Virus record (IMG/VR): IMGVR_UViG_3300037400_004179
Span: 3,427-67,426 of that record
From: a virus
Taxonomy: Duplodnaviria > Caudoviricetes
Direction: 5' to 3' (one strand)
DNA: 64,000 bases
The position numbers were made by a program, and so were the translations under genes. Position 1 is the stretch's first letter. Each line of letters starts with the position of its first letter. The notes below the pieces were generated by a model, which saw only the letters and a program-made list of their open reading frames with translations, had not been told where the DNA came from and ran no database searches. This document shows, piece after piece, positions 38,001 to 50,000 of the stretch.

Positions 38001-41000
38001 GAAGTCCCGCGTAGGAATAGTCCGCCGCATCCACGGCGATGCGGTTGGAGCGGAGCGCCCTGCCCTGTTCGGACGCGCCCTGCATCTTCGCGACAGACGC
38101 CTCGCGGAACTCGCGCTGCGCCTTCGCGAGCTCAAGTTTCATCTCCTTGGCGCGCTTCTTCAGCTCTTCGACCGTCTCGGCGTCCGTGTCGGACGGAAGC
38201 TCCTCGACCATCCTCTCCATGTCGTCGCTTGCGGACTTCGCGTCGTTGAGCACGCTCGCGCACTGGTCGGCGTAGATGCCGAGCGCGACGTTTTCGTAGT
38301 CGCGGGTGGCGCGGCCCTTCTGGTAGACGGCATGGGCGAGCTTGCGCATGTACTCGCGGTTGGAAAGCAGTGCGTCGGCCTGCTTCATCAGAACTTCGTC
38401 CGTCTTCACCGCGTGCTTCGGCGGTTCCATGCCCGCCGCCGTCATTGCGCCTGCGATCTCGGCGTTGGTGAAGCCGTAGAGCTTCACGTCCTCCTCGGAA
38501 GTCGGAACGACGCCGATGCGGTCGGGGTCGAGGTCCTTTGTGTCGAACTCGACCTCGCCCATCTCCTTCTCGAGGTCGGCTATCTGGCGTTCGACTGGAA
38601 CGGGCTGGTTTATCTTCGCAAGCGCGATCGCCGCCGCCTGCGCCTCGCGGTCGGAGTTGATGCGCTCGTCGAGTATCTTTGCCGCGGCCTTCTTAGCGCC
38701 CTCGTCCTTGATGCCGAGTATGCCGTTCACTTCGGCGAGACGCACGATCATGTCGTCGATCTTGCCGGGCAGCGATTCGTCCACGCTCATCTTGGCAAGC
38801 GACTCGGCGGATGCCTCGAAGCGGCGCTTGGCGGCTTCGACGCTCTGGTCAAGCTCTGCCAGCACGCCCTCGCCCGTGGCTCGGGTAACTGCCGATTTCA
38901 GCAGCGCGACCGTGCCCTTCGTTATCACCGCGACGCGGTTCACTATCGGGATATTCGGCACTCCGGGCGCGCTCGAAGTGACGTCCCTTCTCAGCGCGGG
39001 TATCTCGATCGCGCCGCTTGGCTCGATACCAGACGAGCCGCGGTGTTCGTGCCACCACACGGGGAATCCGTACAGTCTGCCGATGATGCCGTCCTCGGCG
39101 CCCTTGCGCACGAACTGGTTGCACTTGTCGGCGAGGAACCGCGCGATCTCGTCATTGTCGGTGAGCGTCTTTCCGGCGAAGCTGCCCTCCGTGTCCACCA
39201 CCTCGATGCCGAACGGACTGTCGCCTTTCGCGGCGTTGAAGTCGGAAATCTTCTTCTTCGTCTCCTCGGCGATCCGCATTGTCCGCTCAAGCCGCTCCTG
39301 GTCGCTCTCCATGCCAAGCTGCGCGTTGCGAAGGTCGGAGCGCTGGTTCGACAGCGTGAGGTCGGCTTTGCGCAAACTCTCGGTCAGCTTGACGCGCTCC
39401 AGCATGTACTTTCCGAGAGGCCCTGCCGCCGCCGCCTTTGCCTCCTCCGCGGAGAGAACGGCGTCGTCCACGTCCTCCACTTCGTCAACGGACATGTCAT
39501 GATTCATCGCCTGGTTGATGAACTGCTGCTTGGTGGAAACCTTGTCGTAGGAATATACGTCGAACGTGCCCTCCGTGACATAGCGATGGATGCCGATCTC
39601 CGCGTTGAGGTTTCCTGCGCGGATGCCGCGCCCGTCGCGCTGGATGAGCCAGGCGGGTTTCCACGGCACGTCAAGGTGGTGTATCGCGACGAGACGCTTC
39701 TGCACGTTCGCGCCTTCGCCCATCTTCGGCGTGTTGCCGATGAGGATTCGCTTGCCGCCGCGGAAGTTCGTGTTGACGCCGTTGAAGTCGGCGAAGAGAG
39801 CACGCTTCATGTCGGCATTCTCCGCGTCGTGGATGAAGGCTATGTCGCTCTCGGGGATTCCGCGCCTGATGAGAAGCTGCTTTAGATGTGCGTAGATGTT
39901 GAACTTGCCGCGCAGCATGTTCTCGACCCCCACATCGCCGTTCAGCTTCTCGTCGGGATCGCCGTTTTCCTCGCCGTCCTCTTCGTCCTCCTCGGCTATT
40001 CCCTCGTCAACATCCTCGTCGAGTTCCTCCGGCGCGGAAGCGCGTTCCTGCGCAAAGGGGTTCTCGAAACGGATGTCGTAGCCGAGCGTGGCGGCGTTCT
40101 GGTCTATCCACGCGTTTATGTCGAACGGGCTTCCGGCCGGTTCAGCCGCATGCTTCTTGTCGGCCATCTTGTGCGAGACGTTGTACTCCGCCGCCGTCAG
40201 CGCCATCTCCTCGAACGCCGCGTAGACGGTCGAAATGTCCTCCACTCCGCCCTGCTGGTGGTCGAGGAACGGCTTGGGGCTGAACTTCGCGCCGTCGCTC
40301 CTCACGGCCCGCGCATGGCGGAATCCGTTCGCGTCCACCGGAGAGACGTAGAACTGCCAGTAGTTACCGCTCTTCGTGGCGAAGCCTCCGTCGGAAGTCT
40401 GCACGACGCGCGAGAACTTGCGCGGCTTCGGCACGCCCGAATCGCAGAACACGAGCTGCGTTCCGTCGAGAACGGTCTTGCCGTCCTTCGCCGCCTTTCC
40501 CGTGGACTTCTGCCAGATGCGGTAGATTTCGTCCGCGGCGGATTCGAGACGCCTGTGCTCGCTCTTGAGACCGAGAAGGGACGGGTCGATCGCGACGAGA
40601 CGACCCTCCGTAACGACTTTCAGCGGATTGTCGATCTTGGGGTCGTAGCCGCCCTTGAACGAATCAAGGCGCTTGTCCAGCTCTTCGACCTTGGCGACCT
40701 GCGTAGGGTCTGCGGGTATCTTGTGGACGATGGGCTTTCCGCCGATCATGAACGGACGCGGGATGTTGAGGTCTTCGTCGAGAACTACGTCCGCAAACGA
40801 ATGGAAGAACTTCTTCATCTCCACGAGGTTCTGGAACTTCGCGAAGCGCGTCTTCTCCTGATAGCCCTTGCCGGACGCCCTCGGCATCGGCTTCGTCTCC
40901 ACCACGCCGAACGCACGCGCCCAGTCGTCGAACCGCCGCACGCCCATTTCCGCCATCTTCGTCGGCGAAAGGAAGCGCATGGTCGTGTACATCTCGCTGA

Positions 41001-44000
41001 TGGAGTTGGAGATTATCGTGCCGGACGCGAATATCACGCCCTTGTCGCCGCCGTGAAGCTTCGACAGATAGCGGCACTTCATCTCCATGTCCTGCGCCCT
41101 CTGCGAGACGGAGCCGGTGACGCCCGACACGTTCTGCATTCGCGTCGTGATGTCGAGCCCCTTGAAGTTGTGGGCCTCGTCAACGAGAAGGTAGTCGACG
41201 CCGATGTTCTCGAAAGGCACGGTCGAATCCTTCTTGGACGCGTCGAGGAGCTTCTGCATCTTCGCCGTCTTGTTGGCGATCTTCTTCTCGATGCGCTTCA
41301 CGGCGTTGCCCTTCTTGCCGCTTTCGCGCGCCTCCGCCTCCATCATTTCCCGCAGATCGTCGATCTCCCTCTGGATGTACTCGGCCTGCACCTTCGGGTC
41401 CATGCCGATGAGCGAGAACGAGGAGTGCGGAACGACGATGCAGTCCCAGTCGCCGTTCGCGGCCTTGGCGAGGAACTTGCGTCTGTTCGCCGTGGCGAGG
41501 TCGCGTGACGTCGCCACAAGGACTCTCGCGCCGGGATAGGCCTCGAGAAACTCCTTCAGGACCTGCCCGGACTCCACCATGTGGTTCGGCACGGTCAGCA
41601 TCGGCTTCTGCGCAAGCCCAAGGCGGCGGAGCTGCATGCAGATGGAAAACATCTCGAAGCTCTTGCCGGCGCCCACGCAGTGCGCGATGCAGAGGTTGCC
41701 GCCGAGGACACCGCGCGCGATCGTCCGCTTCTGATGTTCGTAGCCAGGCGTGTTGGCGCGGCCTTTCCATACGTCGCTGATGCCGTCGAGCGTGATGAGG
41801 TCTGGGTCCCACCTGCGAGGAACGTCGTCGTTCATCATGTCGTTGTACGACCGCTTCACGCGCTCCGCGCGCTCGGGCGTCGCGACAAGCCATTTCGACA
41901 TTGCGGCGGTGAGGTCGTCGCGGAGCGATTCGGCCTGCTGTGTCTTCTGCGGGTTAAGCACGTAGTGGTACTTTCCGCCTCCGTCGTCCACTCTGTCCTT
42001 GATCGTAAGCGGGGAGCCGTTGAAGATTCGCTTAAGAAGCTCCTCGAGACTAATTGGTGAGCGGCGCGCATATTCGGGATTTACCGCTTCGCCCGTCACG
42101 CGCCAGGTGTCGGCCTTCTCGTCGTAGCCGACCGTGACGTGGTTCGGGTTGCAGCCGAACACGACTTCGGCGAGGAAGTCGCGGTACATGTCGTTCGGTA
42201 TGAACCTCTGGCCCATCTGGTACCGTATCTTCGTAGCGGGCTTGTCCTCCGGCTGAACCTTCTCCAGTTCCTCGACGTTCTTGTTGAACGCGGGATCTAC
42301 GTCTGCGGCCGCCCGCGCCTCGCGGAGCTTGCGGCGGACAGATCCGGAAAGATACTCGTCGCGCGTCTCGAACGAACCCGTGGACGGATTCTGGAAGACG
42401 TGTCCGCTCTGTACGAGCTGTTTCTGCACCTCGTCGGCGGGAAGTCCAGTCAGTTCTGCGATGCGCGGGATGTTCACGCGCCCGCACTCGTTGAGCGAGA
42501 TGCGAAGGCCGTCCATCGGCGTGTCGGCCTTGGTAGCCCTTGTCGCCCCGAAAAGCGTCCTTTTCTTCAGCGCGTCGGACTTGCGGAAGTTGGCCTTCTT
42601 CATCTTCGGCTTGCCGTTTGCGCCAACGCCGTCCGGCACGAGATCATAGGCTTCCAGCTGTTGCAGGACGATTCCGTCCGCATCGTCGAGGTCGAACAGC
42701 TCGCGCATGACCTTTTCGTTGTTGAAGGACTTGTACCGTGCAATCATCGCGTCATACGCCGTGTTGAGCGACAAGCGCTTCATCTTCACGGAATCTTCGG
42801 TTCCGTTCTTCTGCGCGTCGATATACGCGTTGTACGCATCCCGTAGGGCGATAAACTGCTTGACCGCGCCCAAGAACGAGAATCCCTTGTCGCTGAACTT
42901 CTTGGGCCACTTGATCTTGGACGTATCGACGGGAACGAGCATGTCCCCCTCGCGCTTCACGACCTTGTCGTCCACGATGCCGATGTTGCCGCGCCTGAGA
43001 CCCGACTTGTCGGCGTCGAGCGAAATCGGGTCCGGCTTCGACACTTCGTTGGCCGGTATGTATTTCAGCCCCTCCGCAGCCTTCTTGACGAGGGCGGGCA
43101 GTTCCGCAAGGTCCTTTGTGGCGACAAACTCCAGCGCGGGCGTGTTGCCGTACATGCTCGTGCCCCGCTTCACCGTGGCGAATATCATCTCGGGATGCTC
43201 CGCGAAGTATCCATTGATCTTCAGACCCTCGATCTCGCCGTTCCGCGCGAACGCGGAATTGTCAACTTCGCCCTTTTCCTTCTGAATGAAGATGATGTCG
43301 GACGCGACGGCTGTTCCGGCGTTCTTCTGCTGGTATTCGTTCGGGAGCCTTACGGCGCCGACGATCTTCCCGCCATGCTGCTCCAGGTAGCGGATGAGCG
43401 ACTTGTCGAGCTTGTCGAGCGTTCCCGTTGAGGTGATGAACGCCGCGACGCCGCCGACGCGAAGACGGTCAACGCCTCGCGCGATGAAATAGTCGTGTAT
43501 CGGGAAGTTCAACTTGTTGTACTCGGGGTCATGCAGGTGAATCTGCCCGAAGGGGACGTTCGACACGACCGCATCCATGAATCCGGGCGGTATCGGCGTC
43601 TCCTCGAAGCCCTGCACCTTCACGTTGGAAAGCGGATATAGGTAGCCGAGAATCTTGCCCGTCGTCTTGTCGAGCTCCACGGCCGTCCACTGCGCGTCCT
43701 GATAACGCCCCGTGCCGATGAAGTTGCCTACGCCGGCGGAGGTTTCGAGCATTCGCCCGCCGTTGAAGCCGGACGCCTTGAGCGCGGCATGTATGTCGCG
43801 GCAGACGTCTATCGTCGTGTAGAATGCGTCGATGGTCGCACGGTGCAGGGCCTTGAACTCCTCCGGCGTGAGAAGCTCGCGGAGCTGCACGTAGTTGTCG
43901 AACCCCTTCAAGCCGAAGCGAAGCTTACGCAGGGCTGCCTGCGTCTGCGCGGGAAGCTCCTTTGACGGAATGCCGCCGTACTTTTCGTATGCGTCCTTGT

Positions 44001-47000
44001 ACTTCTGGTCGAGAGCCTGTGGAAAGCCGCCGAAACCGACGTACCGCGCAAGCTTGGTCTTCTCCTCCGGAGTCGGCAGACGCCCCTCCCCTTCAAGGTC
44101 GTTGAGAAGTTTGATTACCTCGATGTTGTTCGCGACCTTCTCGCGGGGCGTCGAGTTCGTGAGCCATTCGGCGTCTTCGTCGGTAATGACGTAGTTGGAC
44201 GGTTTCTCGGGACTCGCCTTATGCGCGGCCTCAACCGGATCGGAAGCTGCTACTCCGTGTAAGGCGTCGGATTGTCCGGGTTCCAGTCGTCGCCCAGATT
44301 CGCCGCTTTCAGTGCTTCGTCCACTATGTTCCCTTGTGTCCGAAGGTGGTAGTTCAGCTTTTTGACCGTCTCCCTGTCCGCGCTCTTCGTGTAGTTCGGA
44401 AACAGGCTGTCGTACTTCGTCTCCGACCACAGAAACGCCCGCTGCGCGTCGTTCTCCGTCGTCGTGTACAGGCTGATCTGAGCTCCTTTCGCCCTGTTGA
44501 GTAGCCACGTTCCCGCGTCCCTCTTCTCCAGATGCTGAAGCAGGAGCTGCGGGTCGCAGTTCCGATATGCCGTCAGCGCTTGGCGCATCAGGCTTCCCAG
44601 ACTGTCGTACATCGACATTTTCGTTTCCTTCCTCGGCGGATACCGATATTGTACCATAAATTTCGTCGGCGCGTTCGTCGGAAACGCGCTCCAGTCCCTT
44701 TTGCTTGGCGACGGCGTTCCAGATGTCCTGTAGGACCGGCTTCGCCCGCTCGAACTTCGCGGGGTCGCTTTCGTAGATGTACGCGGCGAGAGACTTGAAG
44801 TCCTTGTGTCCGCTCTCCGAAAGAACGTCAACGAGCTTGCCGACGCCCGTGACGAGCCGACCGAACTTCTCGTAGTCGAAGCTCTTGTCGTCGAAGTCCA
44901 CCCCGGCTTCAAGGGGCCCTGAAATGGCAGCGTGAAGCGCGGTGTATCCGCCGTCCGCCGTGCGAGCGAGCTTCAATTCCTCCTCGTCAACTACAATATG
45001 CGGATTCTGTTTCTCCCACAATCTGTCGCCGAAGCGCGTATCGGTAGATTTCGTGAAGCCGTGGTCTTTCAGGAACTTCTCGCGGTTCTCGAAAAGAGGT
45101 TCCGCGCGCGCAACGACCTTTGGACCGTTGGCGACCGCGTAGAGATTTCCCTTTTCGTCCTCGGCGTAGCCAGTGACTTCGTAGCCGCCGAACGCGGCGT
45201 TGATGCGAAGAATGTCCAGAAAGGCATTGGCTGCTTTCCCTGGCGTTCCGTCGAAGATCGGGATTACGACGGTTCCGTCGGAGAAGTAGCGCCATCCGCG
45301 CTCGCTTGCCCGCTCGGATTTTCCTGCGACGACCGAGGCGAGAGGCCGTGTTCCCTTTCGTATGCCGCTTCCGCCTCGAACGTCCACCCCCTGTTGATTA
45401 GCTTGCTCAAGAGCTGCATTCGCCTCGAACTTTGTTCGTCCGTGCGTGATCCCCGCGGCAACTGCCCGATGAAAAGCAGTTCCTGATACTCTTGCGGCGT
45501 CAGGATATCCTTGGCTGGCTTTGACGTAGCTTCCATAACCTCTTTCCCTCAGTGACGCTATTATAGCATTTTTCGCGCCGCCCTGCTCGTAGGCGACGCC
45601 GCCGGGGTGGTACTTGTTGGCGTACCCCTGCGCCTGTCTGCGCGTGTAGCCGTGGGCCTGGACGATCTTGCCGTCCGGCATGAGGATGTCGAATGTGCGG
45701 CGCTCGTGCCTGTCGGGGTCGAGCTGCTTTGTGTCGAAGTCGAGCGCGTCGAGAATGTCCTTCGCCTTCTTCTCGGCGTCGGCGTCTTTCAGCTTCACCG
45801 TGCGCTTCTTCGGCTTCTGCTCAACCTGTCGGGATTCCTGGCTGCGGGTTTTTTCAGGCTTTTTGGCGTCCTCCTGCGGGCGCGTGACCTTGTATGTGCC
45901 AAAACTATTGTCTTCATACTCCTGGCGTCCATCCCATCTTTTTCCTGTGAAAGGGTCGGGGTATCCAAGCGCCCTGTCAACAGCGTCACGTGAACCGATT
46001 TTTTCATAGATTTTGGCAATGTTAATCTTTTCGCCAGGCCTTACCATGCCTCTTATCTGACGCCACGTATCGACAATGGCTTTTATCTTCGCCGCCCTGT
46101 TGCCTCCCTGGAATATCGTATTGGCAAATATCCTTTCCACCATTGCCGGATCGGGCTCGTCGGCAGTTGTTTGCGTTTGCACGGCGGAAGCAGTTGCGGG
46201 CTTTTCAGTTGTTCGGCTTTCCAGAACAGGTGGTGTTTGCTTTTCGGGCTTCGGAGCAAGTTCCGAAGTGCTGTTGTCGGCAGAAGGCGTTTCCGCTTTC
46301 GGCTTCGGTGTTTCCAAAACAGGCTTCTTTGTTTCAGGCGACGCCGCTTTCGTTTCAGAAACCTTTGCTTTTGTTTCGGCGGGCGCTTTCTTTGTTTCCG
46401 GTGTGGCGGGGGCGGGCTTGCCCGCGCGCTTCGCCTTGATTGCCTCCACCTTCGCTTTCGCTTCGGCGCGCTTCTTCGCCGCGGCGTCGGCCTTGGCGTT
46501 GATCTCCGCGTCCATCGTCTTCACGTCGGCGTCTTCGAGGATGCGCGTCCCGGCGGGATCCCAGTAGTCTGCGCGCTCCGTTGCGAGATCGTAAGCCTTT
46601 TCAAGCTGCGCCTTGTCGGTCTTGTCGGTCACGCCGAGCTCCTTCGCATATTCGGCGTTCAATTCCAGCTTGCCCTGGCGATTGAGGGCCGAGCGTATGT
46701 TTGAAGCCACTTCCGCGTAGATGTTCGACTTGCGCTGGCGGTATTCGTTGCGCCTCTTGGTGAGTGCTTCCATAGCAAGGAAACTCTCGTCCTGGAAGAG
46801 GTCCATCTGCTCGCCCTGCAAGAGATTCTTGTTGACCGCACCGCTCTGGAGCTGGCGCGTCATTTCGCGGGCATAGCCCGTAAACGCCTTGCCTTTCATG
46901 CCACTCTTCGCGGCGCGGAGCAGCACGGACTGGATGAACGCATTGCGCTCGTGCGCCCCCTTTGGGGCGGCCTGAGCGATTGTCGTTGCCTGATTGGGCG

Positions 47001-50000
47001 TTATGAGCCCTTCTTCGCCCGTTCCTCCCAGATCCGTTGCGCGGCGGACAGCTTCGGTAGCATCTGAATAAATGCTCCATGCAACGAGCCCTTTTCCCGA
47101 GAGGATTCCGGCCTTTTCTGCCTGTTCTCGGGTTGGCTTGGCGTGTTCGAGGAATCCGATGTAGTCATTTATTGTCCCTTTCTCGTCATGGATGTTCGCC
47201 ACGGCGTCAAATATCTCGGCATGATCCTTCGTGAAGCCGTCGGCTTCGCGGAAGACGTAGTATAGCATGGACTTATTCAGCCTGTCGGCCATCTCGCTGC
47301 GGTGCCGTCCGGTGATTACGGCGAGCTTGCCGTCCTTCGTAAGCCACACCGCACCAATGCCGCCCATCGTCGGATGCCAGTCGCCTGAAAGCGGCTTTGT
47401 GATGCCGCTTGTCCGGTTGGCGTCCTTCTTCATGTTCGGCAGAATCGCGTCGGAACGGTCAACCTTTTTCGGGTTCAGCCGAACGACAGGCGCTTCCTGC
47501 CCGAGAATCGACAGGAAATCAGACGATTCGGGCACTTTTTCTACGGCTTCAACGCCTGTCATGTCCATAGCATCGGCAAGCGTCTTGCGCTCCTCTTCGG
47601 TCAGCGGCGCCTTGGCCGCTTGCGCAACATCGTCCACAGACGCGATTTTCCGCTCTCTGGGCGCGTTTTCGGGTTCAGGCGTGACCTTCTTCGTCTCGGA
47701 GCCGCCCTGCGCTTCTGCGGGCTTGGCGGGGGTTTCCGCGACGATAGGCGCGGGGTTTTTTGTCTCGGTTGCCGTTTCGGGCGCCTGTTCCTGTGTCGGG
47801 GCGGGCGCTTCTGGCTCTTCGACGGCGGTATGGTCGGCGTTTGCGTTAGCCGGGATGAACTCCACGCCGCCGTTCGCGGTCGCGCTCTCCTTCTCGATAC
47901 GGCTGGCGATGACCTCAAGATCGGCGTCGTTCAGCTTGCCGACCTTGCCGAAAAGCGCATGGGAAATCCGCTGGCCTATCGAAGGATTGTGCCCGCGCTT
48001 CTGGAGCCACTGCGAAAACGCCTCTTCGCGGAGCTTGTCTTCGGGCAGCCTGCGCTCCTCGCCGCGAGCCTCGTTCATCTCGCGCATCTGGCCGAGAAGC
48101 CTCCCGTACTCCGTGTCGGGCGACACGCGCGAAAGCATCTCCTGCCTTGCCGCCGGATCGCCCTTGCCAGCCGCATGTCCCGATTCGTGGGCAAGGACGC
48201 GGTTCATGTCCGCCGCGCTCTCGATGTTGTCGAGAACCATGACGACCGTTCCGTCCGGGCATGTAAAGCCGCCGGCGTCGGAACCGCCGATCAACGTGGG
48301 CGGATACGTCACCGAGCCGTCCTTGCCCGTGACGAACAGCTGGGACACGTCCCTGATGCCGTGGAAATCGCCGTTCTTGGCAATCTCGCCCTGCACGACG
48401 CGGAATACGTCGCCCACATGGTCGGCAATCTCCGTCGGACGCTGAAACTTCGTCTGCGTCAGCTGTTCGGCGTAGCGCCGCTTCACGGCGTTGTCGAGGG
48501 ACTGCTTCTGGTTCGTGAGGGCGTAGAAGTCGGCGCACCTCTGGGCCTCGCCAAAGTCGTCTATGGCGAATACGCGCTCGGGGTGTATCTCGTCGCGAAC
48601 TTCGTATGTGCCGTCCCCGTTCTCGATCATCGTTACGCCGGACTTCTCGTCGTACATTTCGTTGACGACTTCCGTCTTCCCCGTCACGCCGTCGGTGCGA
48701 ATCGACTTGCTGAACTTCGGGACAGGCTTTCCGTCGGCCCCGGTCTCGGTCTGCACCTCGAAACGGCGCGGCGATTCGCCGTATTCCGCCACGTCCTTCT
48801 GGAGCTTGTAGGTGGACTGCTTCGTCAGCTCGTCGGCCATCTTGCCGAGATAGCCGCCCGCCTTTTCAAGCGCGCCCCTGAGCGCATCGGGGTTGTCGTG
48901 CATCGCGTTCCACGCGTTCGCGAACGCAGCACGCTGGCCGAGCGACATTGCGCCGACCTGCTCCTTCGTAAGTCCGCAGACGCTTTCAAGCTGGTTGCCG
49001 ATGTCGCGTTTCGCGTCGATGTGCTGTATTGCGGTCTTCCCTCCGGCTACCGCCGTCTGCGCGCCCATCTGGAGAAGCATGGCCAGCATCGTGTTCCACT
49101 GTCCGCCAACCGTATACTGCCCGCCCTCGTCGGTAAAGGCGTGCCTCAACTCCTCCATGACGCCGCGGTACTCGGAGTCTTTCTTCCCCCAGCCGAGAAC
49201 GTCGCTGAAAAAATACTGAACGTTCTCTTCGGGAAGCTCCTCAAAAAGCATGTCGCCGAAGCCCGTTACGTCCGTCAGCCTGTTGTAGTTCTGGTAGACG
49301 CGGTTTGCCGCGCGCCCGATCTTGCCACCGTGCTTGCCGAGCAGGGAGAAGGTCTTTCCTGCGAGAGGACGCGTGATCTCGCCGACCGTGTTTTCCAGAA
49401 GGTTCTCGGCGAAGCTGTTGCGAAAAGCCTTTCCGAGCGTATCGCCCTTGTCGCCCTCGGACGCCACAACGACGTTTCCGTTCTGATCAAGCGCGTATTC
49501 GTCACGCGCCATTTCGCGCATTCCCTGTGCCGTGCCGGACATCGTGGCCGGCATAGCCTTCGCCGCATCGACGCCGACCTTCTGCGCGGCGACCTTCGCA
49601 AATTCCTTTGCCCCTTCCGATGTGAAGAGCTTTTTTAGACCCTCCTTTGTCAGCAAGTTGAAGCCGAGCTTTGCGGTCTGTGCGCCCTTCATGAGCATGC
49701 CGCCAGCCGCCATCTCGCCGACGTAGCGGACGGACGGCATGCCGCCCACGACGATCTTGTCGGTGAAGCCCCTGTCGGTTTCGTCGAGCTTTTTCCGCGC
49801 CTCCTCCTGTGCGCCAACAGATTCCTTGAACTTCGCGTCGACAAGCTCTTTCAGGCGCTTCTCGAAGTCTGCACGAGGCTCCTTGTCGCCTCTTTGGGTC
49901 TGTGTGATGTTTGCGCCGAGCAGGTAGGCCGCCTCGTCCGCCATCATGTCGTCGAGCGTGTCGCGACGATCCCCCATCATCATGCCGAACATGCCGCGAC

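Noticed and set aside
45795-46019. Possible third nested ORF in the giant gene
   Set aside because: No extended -10 or RBS, no shift of codon bias to that frame, and a low-complexity product.
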